DNA of 64,000 nucleotides, from positions 100,750,001 to 100,814,000 of the forward strand of contig NC_042998.1 of assembly GCF_006345805.1 (NCBI RefSeq), in the 5' to 3' direction. The position numbers and the translations under genes are program-made. The notes below the pieces were generated by a model. That model saw only the letters and a list, made by a program, of their open reading frames with translations, had not been told where the DNA came from and ran no database searches. This stretch comes from Octopus sinensis (Eukaryota). This document shows positions 11,911 through 24,798 of the stretch, in pieces (the stretch's first letter is position 1; every line of letters begins with the position of its first letter).

Positions 11911-12859
11911 CTTATCTCTTCTTGCAGTTAGTTCAAATTTCCTCTAAACTTTTCTCCCATTTTTAGTTTTCTTTTTATATAAATTTATAGGAGTTTTGGC
12001 TCACCTTTGTGTCAATTATTTTTGAGGGATTTCCTTCAGTTAATTTCTATCAGATTAAAATTTTTTTTTGGCTTAAGTTACCAAACGAAGTTTACATTCA
12101 TTTTTAATGAATTTTACAGTCAGCATGTCTTGATGTTGTTTAGCTTCATGTCAGTTCTGATTGGGCAGACCCATGATCAAAGGTATTCCACCCATGATCA
12201 TGTCATAATTTTTTAAGGTATAGCTTATCTAAGACCCCATTATTCAATGTATCCTTCTTTTTACAAGGTGGTACATCTGAAGTAAATTTGGCTGTTATTT
12301 CAAGCAGGTCGTATGACCACTTAGAGACCTCTTCACTTGTCTGTCTAATATTGTCCCCAATATGGTTAGAAACTATACATGTATATCACAGGGCTCTTTT
12401 CATGGTTGCTTGACCTGCTAGAAATAGTAATCAACACTCCTTCAACACATCATCTTCAAAAGAGATATGTTGGGTAGGGTGGTCCTGGATTTCCTGCACA
12501 TAAGAAGAATACACAACAATTAAAGCTGAAATACATTTGATCATAGGTCTGTTTTATTCAAGCTGACCTGGGGCTAAATACCACCACCACCACCACCACC
12601 TACAACAACAACAACAACAATAGCCAGTAATTGAATGGATAGCTGTGACTGAAAGTACAAGTGTAGTGGATTTATAAGTAGAACAAGTGGAAAGCTTTCA
12701 TTGTAAACAAATTCAAAAGCTAGGATTGTTATGTATGTCAAGATGTTAAAAAATAAATATATATTGCAGGTGTGGCTGTGTGGTAAGAAGTTTGTTCCCC
12801 AGCCACATAGTTTCAGGTTCAGTCCATGGAATAGTGGACACCCAGAACTGTTACAATCA

Positions 12860-13090
12860 AACTTGTAAAAGACACCCATGCTAGTGGCACATAAAAGGGC
12901 ATCCATGCTACTGACATGTAAAAGATACCCAGTACACTCTGTAGTGTTTGGTATGAAGAAGGGTATCCAGCCATAGAAACCAAGCCAAGACAGACGACCT
13001 GAGCCTGGTGCAGCTCTCTGGCTTACCAGCTCCAGCCAAACCATCTAATCCATGCCAGCATGGAAAATGGACATTAGATGATGATGGTGA
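12860..13090 (+). mobile_element. RTE 3'-tail remnant
   Basis: gtggcacataaaag..cccagtacactctgt..gaagggtatccagcc..ccatgccagcatggaaaatggacattagatgatgatg. Confidence 0.75.
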
Positions 13091-13133
13091 TATAACTAAC
13101 TTATGTAAGTACGTAAGTATGTAAGTACACACA

Positions 13134-13164
<31 letters not shown>

Positions 13165-14069
13165 GAACAGCCAAATTTACCTATGAACATAACATATATT
13201 ATATAGCAAATTGTAGGTTAAGCTTTAAAAGTATGTGAAATGCTTAACATTCCTGAATGGGTCGTAATCCAACTACAAAACTACAATAAAGAGAGTAATC
13301 AGGGTGATATTTAGTCAATAACTCAAGTTTTTTACGTACAGATACTGCTCATATATACATGAAAAAGTGAAATGGCTGAATGGATAAGATATTTATTAAG
13401 TAGCTCATAGTAAGTTCACTACTATCTATACACGATAGAAACAAGATCAGTCATGAGCAAACTGTGGCCCATGGGGCTTTTTGAATGGCACATCAATAGA
13501 AAAAAAATTACTTTGAATTTTTAGTAGTGCAACCCACCTGATGATGAACCATGTATCATGTGGTCCACTTCTCAAAAAATGTTGCCCATGCCTGTAGAAG
13601 ATCTATTGTAACATTGCTCCCATTACAACCAATCAAACAGTTCGCATTCAGCATTCCTTATATATTGCATACAGAAAACAGAAATGTTTGGGTGTACAAA
13701 TAGAAGAAAATGTACTCAATATATGCAGCAGAGTGTATTGCTTGAAAGCTGATGATTCATTCTGTCGCTAGAATAGTCAGCTGTTTTAAGGTCACAGGTA
13801 GTTGATGGTTAGATTATCAGTATTCTGTAATGCTAGGTAGATTTGAGCAGAATGTTACAAAAAAGTAAGAGATTCAGAACAGTGACAAATATTACTGTTG
13901 ATATCACCACAACAACCATCACCACCACCAACACGTTTATGTCTGCTTTTTATGCTGGCATGCGTGTGGACATTTTGACAGGAACCAATGAGACAGCAGA
14001 CCATGTTTTGCTCCAGTATCTCAGTTTTTTGGTATGGTTTCTATGACTGGATGTCCTTCCTAATGTCAT

Positions 14070-14132
<63 letters not shown>

Positions 14133-14489
14133 ATAGAAATGGTAAGACAACAAAAGAATGAAAGAGACCTCAATATTATGTAAATAGAGGAATTTATCTG
14201 TAATCTTTAGAAAGCTTTCCAATATATATATATATTATATACATTACAATCCACCACGTGGGGACAACTGAAATTCCCCTTTTCTGTTACTACTATATAT
14301 ATATATATATATATATATCATCATCATCATCATCATCATTTAGCGTCCGTTTTCCATGCTAGCATGGGTTGGACGGTTCAACTGGGGTCTGGGGAGCCCG
14401 AAGGCTGCACCAGGCCAGTCAGATCTGGCAGTGTTTCTACAGCTGGATGCCCTTCCTAACGCCAACCACTCCGAGAGTGTAGTGGGTGA

Positions 14490-15990
14490 TTTTATGTGCC
14501 ACCGACACAGGTGCCAGACGAGGTTGGCGAACGGCCACGCTCGGATGGTGTTTTTTTATGTGCCACCGACACAGGTGCCAGACGAGGCTGGCAGACGGCC
14601 ACGCTCGGATGGTGTTTTTATGTGCCACCGACACAGGTGCCAGATGAGGCTGGCAGGTGCCAGACGAGGCTGGCAGACGGCCACGCTCGGATGGTGTTTT
14701 TATGTGCCACCGACACAGGTGCCAGATGAGGCTGGCGGACGGCCACGATCGGATGGTGTTTGTTACGTCCCCAAAGCACGGAGGCCAGTCTATGCGGTAC
14801 TGGCTACGGCCACGTTCGGATGATTTTCTTGTGTGCCACCGGCACTGATACCACAAAGATACAAATTCCATTTATGTTCATCTATTTTGATTTGTTTTGA
14901 TTTTGATTTGATTTTCACTTGCCTCAACAGGTCTTCACAAGTGTCACTTGCCTCAACAGGTCTTCACAAGTGTCACAAGAAGGAAGGTATGCACAGGTGG
15001 ACTGTCTACGTCGCCGGGTCTTCGGATGGTGTCTTTATGTGCCACCGACACAGGTGCCAGATGTGGCTGGCGAACGGCCACGATCGGATGGTTTTCTTGT
15101 GTGCCACCGGTACTGGAACCACAAAGATACAAATTCCATTGATGTTCATCTATTTTGATTTGGTTTGATTTTCACTTGCCTCAACAGGTCTTCACAAGTG
15201 TCACGCGTGTCACACACTTGCCTCAACAGGTCTCCACAAGTGTCACACACTTGCCTCTGCCTCAACAGGTCTTCCCAAAGTGTCACACACTTGCCTCTGC
15301 CTCAACAGGTCTTCACAAGTGTCATAAGAGGGAAGGTATGCACAGGTGGACTGACTACGTCGCCGGGTCTTTGGATGGTGTTTTTATGTGCCACCGACAC
15401 AGGTGCCAGGTGAGGCTGGCGAACGGCCACGATCAGATGGTGTTTGTTGTGCCCACAGCACGGAGGCCAGTCGATGCGGTACCAGCTACGGCCACTTCGG
15501 ATGGTTTTCTTGTGTGCCACCGGTACTGGAACCACAAAGATACAAATTCCATTGATATTCATCTATTTTGATTTGGTTTGATTTTGATTTTCACTTGCCT
15601 CAACAGGTCTTCACAAGTGTCATAAGAGGGAAGGTATGCACAGGTGGACTGACTACGTCGCCGGGTCTTCGGATGGTGTCTTTATGTGCCACCGGCACAG
15701 GTGCCAGATGAGGCTGGCGAACGGCCACGATCGGATGGTGTTTGTTGTGCCCACAGCACGGAGGCCAGTCGATGCGGTACTGGTTACGGCCACGTTTGGG
15801 TGGTTTTCTTGTGTGCCACCGGCACTGGTACCACAAAGAATACAATTCCACTGATGTTCATCTATTTTGATTTGTTTTGATTTGATTTGATTTTCACTTG
15901 CCTCAACAGGTCTTCATAAGTGTCACAAGAAGGAAGGTATGCACAGGACTGACTACGTCCCAGGTCGGGGCCACGGGTTATGGCCTGACT
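14490..15990 (-). repeat. Tandem and higher-order repeats inside the RTE 3' UTR
   Basis: About 62-bp units (tttatgtgccaccgacacaggtgccaga.gaggctggc..acggccacg.tcggatggtg) at 14490-14760; larger blocks of about 300-350 bp marked by gaaggtatgcacagg near 14983, 15332, 15630 and 15934. Confidence 0.9.
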
Positions 15991-16140
15991 AGTCTTGCCG
16001 GGTCTTCTCATGCACAGCATACTTCCATAGGTCTCGGTCTCTAGACATTTCCTTAGTGAGACCTAAAGTTCGAAGGTCGTGCTTCACCACCTCGTCCCAG
16101 GTTTTCCTGGGTCTACCTCTTCCACAGGTTCCCTCCACTG

Positions 16141-17961
16141 CTAGGGTGTAGCACTTTTGCACACAACTATCTTCAGCCTTCTTGTCACATGACCATACCA
16201 GCGCAGCCGTCTCTCTTGCACGCCACAACTGACGCTTCTTAGGTTCAGCTTTTCTCTCAAGGAACTTACACTCTGACGATTATGAACACTGACATTACAC
16301 ATCCATCGGAGCATACTGGCTTCATTTCTTGCGAGCTTACGCATATCCTCAGCAGTCACGGCCCATGTTTCACTACCATGTAGCATGGCTGTACGTACAC
16401 ATGCATCATACAGTCTGCCTTTTACTCTGAGCGAGAGGCCTTTTGTCACCAGCAGGGGTAAGAGCTCTCTAAACTTTGCCCAGGCTATTCTTACTCTAGC
16501 AGTTACACTTTCAGCACACCCACCCCCGCTACTGACTTGGTCTCCTAGGTAGCGGAAGCTATCAACTACTTCTAGTTTGTCTCCCTGGAACGTGGCAGAA
16601 GTTGGTCTCTGCATATTTCCAGTGTTTATTGCTCCTGAGCATTTGCCACAGACAAAAACTATTTTCCTAGTTAGCCTTCCTTTGACATTGCTGCACCTCT
16701 TATGTGTCCATAGCTTACACTTGGTGCATCTTATAGAGTTTCTACCTACACCTTTTTTACAGATCGAGCAGGGCCATCTACCTGAAGGCGTTTGTGATTG
16801 ATCTACCTTCCTACTTATTAGAACTTTGGTTTTGGCTAGGTTGATTCTAAGGCCCTTCGATTCTAATCCTTGTTTCCACACCTGGAACTTCTCCTCCAGT
16901 TCTGATAGTGACTCAGCAATTAGAGCAAGGTCATCAGCATAGAGGAGCTCCCAGGGGCAACCTGTCTTGAATTCCTCCGTTATTGCCTGGAGGACTATGA
17001 TAAATAGGAGGGGACTGAGGACTGAACCTTGGTGGACCCCAACCTCTACCCGGAATTCTTCACTGTACTCGTTGCCCACCCTCACCTTACTAGCAGCGTC
17101 TCTGTACATGGCTTGCACAGCTCTCACCAACCATTCTTCTATCCCTAGTTTCCTCATTGACCACCAGATAAGGGACCGGGGGACCCTGTCAAAGGCTTTC
17201 TCCAAGTCAACAAAAGCCAGGTACAAGGGCTTATCTTTGGCTAGGTATTTCTCCTGCAGCTGTCTTACCAGGAATATAGCATCAGTAGTACTTTTCCCTG
17301 GCACGAACCCAAACTGCATATCATCTAAGGTAACTCTCTCTCTAATTAGTTGGGCTACAACCCTCTCCGTAACCTTCATTACCTGATCCAGCAGCTTGAT
17401 GCCCCTGTAGTTATTTGTCTCTAGGGCGTCGCCTTTACCTTTGTAGCAGTTGACTATTATGCTGCTACACCAGTCATTGGGTATGACCCCCTCGTGTATC
17501 ACCTGGTTAACTATACGGGTGACTAAGCTATAGCCGACACCACCAGATATTTTGAGCATCTCTGCAGTAATTCCTGATGGGCCTGGGGCTTTCCCTGTTT
17601 TCATGCTTCTAATTGCCTTATCTACTAAGGAACTGTTAACTCGGATTGCTGGTCCCTCTGTTGGGTCGACATTCGGCAGACTCTCTTTATCCCATTCATT
17701 TTCTTCATTCAGCAACCTATCATAGTGGCGTCTCCAAGTCTCTCTCTTTGCACCCTCATTAAGTGCAAGTGAACCGTCCTCCTTGCGAACACATTTCTCT
17801 CCTACCACGTCACGATTCTCTCTCACACACTGTCTTGCAACACGAAATACCTCAAGTCTTTCATCCTCACGACGCAGGACATTGGCAAATTTTTCCTTCT
17901 CTGCTTCCCCTCTGGCTAGATAGACCTGTCTCCTGGCTTCCCTTCTGGCAGACTGATACAC
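16141..17961 (-). CDS. RTE LINE ORF2, reverse transcriptase region (606 aa) with embedded PHD-type finger; continues upstream (17916-18248) and downstream (15989-16228) across two 1-bp frameshifts
   Basis: Motifs GKAPGPSG, YKGKGD..NYRGIKLL, QFGFVPGKSTTDA, FVDLEKAFDRV, GVHQGSVLSPLLF, LYADD (16930-16941), FRYLG, RRLRWYGHV, GRGRPRKTW; no in-frame stops in the reconstructed frame. Confidence 0.95.
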   Translation of the reverse strand: MYQSARREARRQVYLARGEAEKEKFANVLRREDERLEVFRVARQCVRENRDVVGEKCVRKEDGSLALNEGAKRETWRRHYDRLLNEENEWDKESLPNVDPTEGPAIRVNSSLVDKAIRSMKTGKAPGPSGITAEMLKISGGVGYSLVTRIVNQVIHEGVIPNDWCSSIIVNCYKGKGDALETNNYRGIKLLDQVMKVTERVVAQLIRERVTLDDMQFGFVPGKSTTDAIFLVRQLQEKYLAKDKPLYLAFVDLEKAFDRVPRSLIWWSMRKLGIEEWLVRAVQAMYRDAASKVRVGNEYSEEFRVEVGVHQGSVLSPLLFIIVLQAITEEFKTGCPWELLYADDLALIAESLSELEEKFQVWKQGLESKGLRINLAKTKVLISRKVDQSQTPSGRWPCSICKKGVGRNSIRCTKCKLWTHKRCSNVKGRLTRKIVFVCGKCSGAINTGNMQRPTSATFQGDKLEVVDSFRYLGDQVSSGGGCAESVTARVRIAWAKFRELLPLLVTKGLSLRVKGRLYDACVRTAMLHGSETWAVTAEDMRKLARNEASMLRWMCNVSVHNRQSVSSLREKLNLRSVSCGVQERRLRWYGHVTRRLKIVVCKSATP

Positions 17962-18245
17962 TTCCCTGCTACCACCGTTCTTCCAGGCCTTCCAAGCCTG
18001 TTTCTTTGTCTAATAGCCCTGTCAACAATATTGTTCCACCACCACGTTATTTTGGGTCTTAAGGGGACTTTGCACCAGCCACAGATCTGGTCAGCGGCTT
18101 TCAGCAGGTTGTCCCTCAGAAGCGTCCAGTTGTCTTCTACCCCATGCGTAGCTATACTCCCTTCCATTTCGTCTAAAGCTTCAAATAACATATCTCTAAA
18201 TCTCTGTCCATTCACAGGGTCTTTAAGCTTCCAGACCCTTCTTCT

Positions 18246-18280
<35 letters not shown>

Positions 18281-19348
18281 AAGCTGATAATTCACTCCAT
18301 TATTATTATTCCAAGTTTAATCATAGTTATGCTAGCATCAGTTAGGTAGGTATGCAATAAAACAGCTCTCTTTGAATCCTTTTTGTTTCCAGAATCAATA
18401 TTCTTAAATTTGATCTGACTTTTGCAATAAATATCTTCTCCCTATGATAGGGTTACCTTTTCAAGATTACTCTATCACAGATACATCTCTCACCATTTTT
18501 ATTTTATACATGCACTTGGTATGGATTGCACCAAGGCTATTGCAGACACTCTGAGATCAGTGAGACTGGCATGATTAGTATTCCTCTTGAATATTTGCAA
18601 GGAAAGTGAATTCCAGAGGATGGATATCCTGTAAAGGAAGAAATGGGCATAGAGGCTAGCATGTGGTTAAGGGTGGCAAGAGAAGGAGAGGCAAATGAGT
18701 TGGAGTGCATGAGTAGAGAGGGAATGAAATCAAACAGATCCAAGGAACCGAGGACACTGCTGTGGCGATAGAAACAGCAGAGAGAAGAGACACAATGTCT
18801 GTGACATCAACAGTGAGTGAGTAAATTTACACACTGAGTGAACAGCCAACAACTAATCACTGTGGTGCTTGTGTTTGCGTGTATTTATGATGACAATCTG
18901 TGTGTAGAATTACAAATCTCTTGACATTCAAAACAGCATCTGTTTAACAGTTATTGTTTCAAATGAAAAGACCGATAAATAAAGAGGGAGGGAAAATAAA
19001 TTAGGCCAGAGATTAAATCAAAATGAAAAAAAAAAATGAATACAATATACATACATAATATATATATTTATACACATTCACGAGAGAGAGAGAGGGAGAG
19101 AGAGAGAGGAAGAGAGAGAGAGAGAGAGAGGGAGAGGGAGAGAGAGAAAGAACCAAACAATTTTTTTACAAATCAGTGTTAATAAACCAATGTTAGATGA
19201 TAAAGCTTTTAACCAACCATAAAGTAACAAGGAAAAATATGTGGACTAATTGGGGGATAATTAACTTTCCAAGGAATGTATAATATATATATACATATGT
19301 ACTATTATTTATATATGTCTATATATATATATATATGTATAATATATG

Positions 19349-19412
<64 letters not shown>

Positions 19413-22255
19413 AGAATAAATATAAATATTGAAACAAAAGACAATAAAAGCAAGAGAAATCTCAGCAATTGGTGGTCATTTAGTTAAATGAAATATTGCT
19501 AATTTCTACCAATGAACATTGTCACGTGTAAAGTCATTGTACTTAACGAGGTGTGTGCAGTACTTTGCTAATTAGACAACAGAAAATTACCCTGAAAGGT
19601 CAGTGTAAACCAGCTGGAAGTATATAGATACAGATGAATGTATGCATGTGTGTGTATGTATGTATGTATGTATGTATGTATGTATGTATGTATATACACG
19701 CACACACACACAAGTATGGATGTATAAATAGATATATATATGCATACATATATATAGACAAACACACACTCTTACACACATATATGTACATAGACAAACA
19801 TAATTTGCATAGATACATTAGTCCTACTTATTAGGCTTAGCCATTAGTCATAGGATAGTCCCTCCCCCATAGAGTAGCTTCCCATTTACAGTAACATTAT
19901 ATATGGGTATGCATACTACATGCATGTATGTATGTATGTATGTATGTATGTATGTATGAATGTATGTATGTATGTATATATATGTATGTATGTGTGTATA
20001 TGTATGTATGTGTGTATGTGTGTATGTATATGCACACACATATTTGTGCATAAATTGTATTATATACCACCACAACACCATTCACAAATGATATTACCAT
20101 CTACATATTGTGTTCCTTAGGTCCACTTTTATCTATGTCAATGTCGACTGCTCCTACTATATGACTTTCAGGAATTTAATAACTTCTCCCTGTAACACAA
20201 GCAGTTTTTGTTGGAAACATGACAACAATGCTCAGAGACTGTGGTACTGAAATTGTAACCAGAGTCGCAGCTGGTTGATTTAAAAAACTACCAAATCATC
20301 TTTCATGGCTCAATGGTTTTGTATCTTATTACAGTCACTGAGATTGCTATGTGGATGATCATGACAGCATCACGTCAATGGATAACATGCTTAACTATAT
20401 ATATATCAGTTCATGTAGGTCAGTGACGGTGGACTCTTTTAAGCATAGCATGTTGAGATTTTAGTTTCTTTAATAATCTTGTTACTGAAATCTCACCCAC
20501 ATGATTACATGTATTTTAGTTTTAGGCAATTGGATAAATTCACCATTATTAATCAAGGTATAAACATGCACCATTGATCTAGGTATAAATATGTACCATA
20601 AGAACTATGAGGTAAGGAAAGCCTACTATTTACAAAAGTGGGGGATGACAAAATTAACAAATATTTCCATAATATTGCAAAAGAAGTGCTGAGTTAAAGT
20701 TCTCAAATAGGCTTGAAGCAGGTAAAAAGAGTACAAAGCTAGTTGCATACTCAAATGAAGATCAGGATAACAGTCTTGTTCTGACATGCAATTATTTCTT
20801 GGGTTCTAGTTCTGATTATAAGCTATGCTTAATAGTAAGTTTACCAGTGATCATTCTGTTATAAATTTAACTCTGATGTACCTAAGGGTTTGGAAATGTC
20901 TCCATAACTCTTTCTTTCTTATATTAACAAACCACTTGCTACTACTTCATCTAACACTAGTTTAAGCCTTGTCTGGTAATACAGACATGTCCAAGAACAA
21001 GACACTTGATGACAATTGGAGATCAAAGCAATCAATTGAAATATAATTTAGATGTAACTAAATATTGAAACAAACTTTTGCTTAATATTCTGAAAGATTT
21101 TGTTATTTGCAACAAGTTTTCTCAGACATTAAGGTTAACTTAAAATATCCCTTTGGTATTTTGGAACATCTCCATATTTTGAACATGTTGTCTAAACAAT
21201 GAAGTATTAGATCATCTAATACTCAAAGAGATTCATTTTCCACAAGCTCTACCATTTCATATTGTTAAAAAAAGAAATGAGAACAGGACGCTTCCTATTG
21301 ATATTTACAAAACACATTATCATGTATTTTTATGCAAACAACATATAAACTCCACAACAACAGGAAGAATCAAGGTTATGCAATAAAATCCAAAACAAAT
21401 AACAACAATGACAGGAAGAATCAAGATTCTGCGGATGTATCTTTAACAAATAAATAAATATAAATAAAAGAACTAGAGAGAAAGAAAAACAAGACAAAGA
21501 AAAAATTCAGTACTTTCAAAATGATACCAAAAGATAGAGGAAGAGAAAAAAGCAGAGGGGGTGCATTATTTTGGTAAAACTGTTCCACTGAGAGCGATTA
21601 ATTACAAGAAGTAGTTACAAAAGGTCAATCCTTTATAACAGGCCATTAAAAAAACTGTCACTAGAAGGTGTCTTGGGGAAAAACACAGAAATGTACATTC
21701 AGCATTGACACAGCCGTGGCATTTGAATGAAATTTAAATTTAAATATTGATGAGTCTGGATTAGAATTTCCTTTCCAACATTGTTGTTTTTATTGATTCT
21801 TCAACAATCTGTAATTATTTGCATGATAACATTTCGACAAAATTAATATTTTATCTTCTCTAGGTATTAAAATTTATATGCACACTCTCTCTCTTATACT
21901 ACCTAAGTTTTATGTGTATGTATTTACTATATAACTTGGCATATATTTAAGCACACTAACTTATTATATTCCCTTAGCAGAGCACTCTGAGGTTATCTTC
22001 ATTGCCATTCTGAGATCAGTAATATACAAGGTGATGGCTTTGTTCCTTTGCATGTTCCTCATCAATTTATATACCAATCAATCTTAGTGTCATTGATAAT
22101 ATATTGCATGGCTAAATGAGCAAACGTTTCTGCTTTACTGGCAGCTGATGAAGTGAATTGTCAGCAAAACATCTAGAGGTTCTGTGAAGCAGCCTGTAAC
22201 AAATATTCTATATTTTCTTTATGTTGTATATTTGAGAACCATTCTCTATGTTAGT

Positions 22256-22482
22256 TTAACCCTCTTGCATTTAAACTGGCCATATCCAGCCCAAATATTA
22301 TACCTGCTTTATATACAGACTGACCATGTTCAGCCTCTCACGCTTACCATACAATGTCATTCAAAAATAAAGAAGCGCGTCATCGAAATCACAACACAAA
22401 TAGATAATGTATGATTAATTCAAAACAATGTGAATAAATAAGTATTGCATTTGACAGAGTAATCTGAATGCTAAAGGGTTAA
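22256..22482. mobile_element. piggyBac-type MITE family P1, intact copy
   Basis: TTAA-CCCTCTTGCATT ... AATGCTAAAGGG-TTAA. Confidence 0.8.
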
Positions 22483-23958
22483 TTGATGCAGGCATAAAGT
22501 CATAGCACCAACTACCTATTAAGTCATTATATAGGCTCAGTAATTAAATATTTCACTTAGGTGAACTTAGATTCCACTGCATAGATATATGTGCATATCA
22601 TCATCATTAAATGTTCCTGTCCCATGCTGGCATGAGCTGGACAGTTTTATAAAATCCAGTGGACCCAATGACTACATCGTGCTCCAGTGTCTACTTTGCC
22701 GTGGTTTCTATAACTAGATGCTCTTCCTGACATCAACCACTTTTCAGCATGTACTGCCTGCATATTTTGTGCCATCAGTCATCACCAGTGATATTGCAAT
22801 GCAACTTGCAAGACTATGAACACAGAGGGGGATTGTGTGTATGTGTGTGTGTGTGTGAATGCATGAATGTGTGAGCATGTGTACATATATGTATACATGT
22901 ATAAGTGAATGCATGTTATATGAGTTTTAATTAAAACAGTGAATCCATTACAAATTGATTTGTTTCTTTCATAGTTCTTGACATCATTTTTGTTGGATTC
23001 GTTTTCATTTTAATTAAAACATGTCCCTTCTCAGTATTTATAGTTTGAGTACTTTATTCCAAGTAGTTTACCATTCTGAACAAATTATGCGGGAATTTTG
23101 TTTGTTTGTGTGAGTGCATGTGCGTGTGTTTCATGCCACAGCACTTACCAAAGATTTTCATAAGTGTTGTTGCATGACTTTAAGCTCTTCAGTCAGTAGC
23201 CTTACAGACAATAAAAAAAAGTGTATATATATATATATATATACACACTCTGTTTTAAGTATAGAGTTCTATTTCCCCTATCTATATCATCAAACCTATC
23301 ATCCTCTTTGTACACAGACACGCACACACAATTATGTATGCATGTAATGTATGTAGACATGTATGCTTATGTTAATGCGCATGCACACATACAGGCAAAC
23401 ACACACACACATGCACACACACACACACACACCACACAGACACACACGCAACTACACAAATATTGTCAGTCAGAAAATGGCAAATGTGTTCAATTATAGG
23501 AACTGCCATAAAACACAATCGTCCAAAGTTGATGCACAATAAACGGTGATTATGGCTTGTTGTAAATGTCAAGCAAACAGACTCTGCTGAAAGTAGCTAC
23601 TGAGAAGGGTTTAATCACTGCTTTGAGTTCAATAAACACTTGACTTTTAAACCTTGCTATTATAACTGATGTTGGTGACACAAGAGAAAAGATTTGTTCA
23701 GTCTTTAAGCACAGTGGGACTTATGAAAGCCTAAACAAAATGGAACTTTTTAATTGTTTCTTATACAGGCACAAAACCAGAAATTAATGGGAAGGTGGTT
23801 AATCTGGTAAATTCCAGTACATGACTGGTACTTTGTTATTCTTTTCCTTTTTCTACTGACCCTGGAGGGATGAAAGGAAAAGTTAACCTTGGCAGAGCCA
23901 GAAGAAATAATTCAAAACATTTTATCCAATGTGTTAACAATTCTACCAATCCCTTGGC

Positions 23959-23959
<1 letters not shown>

Positions 23960-24044
<85 letters not shown>

Positions 24045-24070
24045 TGATGATGATGATGATAATAATAATT
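23960..24070. repeat. Long (ATA)n microsatellite grading into (ATG)n
   Basis: Directly visible; source of the poly-I/poly-M ORFs. Confidence 0.95.
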
Positions 24071-24420
24071 ATACCCAAGGCACACAGCTGTGTTCAGTAG
24101 TGCAGTGAAAGCACATGATAAAAATAAAACTACGGAATAATAATACTAATACTACTACTACTAATAATGATGATGATGATGATGATGATGATTTCTTTTC
24201 TTTTTTTTAGTCATAAGAAATTGAAGAGATGCAAAACATTGGAAATTTTCCTTAGGAGTTACAATGACAGAAAATATAATGCGGAGTTTAAAAGGAGCAC
24301 ATTTAGAAATTATGAAAGGAAGGAGTAGATAAGAGACATTATACAATATAAAGAGGGATGTACAAAGAATGTGACAAGTACACAAATACATAAATACATA
24401 CACACACACAGATTCTATTA

Positions 24421-24603
24421 TTCTTTTATTCTTCTGCTTTTTTCAGTCATTTGACTGTGGCCATTCTGGAGCAGCATCTTTTAGTAAACAGATCAACCCC
24501 AGGACTTATTATTTGTAAGCCTAGTACTTAACCTATTGGTCTCTTTTACCGAACCACACCAACACTGGTTGTCAGGCGATGGTGGGGGCACAAACACAAA
24601 CAA

Positions 24604-24640
<37 letters not shown>

Positions 24641-24798
24641 ACGGGCCTCTTACAGTTTCCTTCTACCAAATCCACTCACAAGGCTTTGGTCGACCTGAGG
24701 CTATAGTAGAAGACACTTGCCCAAGGTGCCACATTGTCAGACTGAACCTGGAACCATGTAGTTGGGAAGCAAGCTTCTTATCACTGGGCCACACCTGC
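24421..24798 (-). mobile_element. SINE family A, near full length
   Basis: Reverse complement has head gcaggtgtggcccagtgataagaagcttgc, B-box ggttcagtc, ccttgggcaagtgtcttctactatagcc core, internal (TA)n and tail ccagaatggccacagtcaaatgactgaaa. Confidence 0.85.

Larger units (their letters stand above)
14318..18248 (-). mobile_element. RTE-clade LINE, copy 1, 5'-truncated (endonuclease missing), expanded 3' UTR, (GAT)n tail
   Basis: RTE-type RT ORF; 5' end at WRRRVWKLKDP just downstream of where the endonuclease would end; 3' UTR ends ccatgctagcatggaaacggacgctaaa(tga)n; both ends abut (TA)n. Confidence 0.95.

Noticed and set aside
14490-14830. CRISPR-like look: conserved about 30-nt repeat alternating with variable hairpin segments
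   Set aside because: The spacers are mutually homologous, the array is part of an RTE 3' UTR in eukaryotic DNA, and no cas genes are present.
14356-15880. Cluster of 60-155-aa ORFs with repeated CHRHRC/YVPP motifs (also 28089-28669, 30501-30955, 46204-47017, 52608-52913)
   Set aside because: They are GC-rich RTE 3' UTR units read in several frames on both strands; no single frame is conserved between copies.
18533-18770. Purine-rich, protein-like stretch after a possible ttgcag acceptor
   Set aside because: All three frames after the acceptor hit a stop within about 25 codons, and no homology is recognisable.
23836-24100. Poly-Ile/poly-Met ORFs, and likewise the [12 protein letters not shown] and SLSL ORFs throughout the track
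   Set aside because: They are translations of (ATA)n, (TA)n, (CA)n and (GA)n microsatellites with no splice or homology support.
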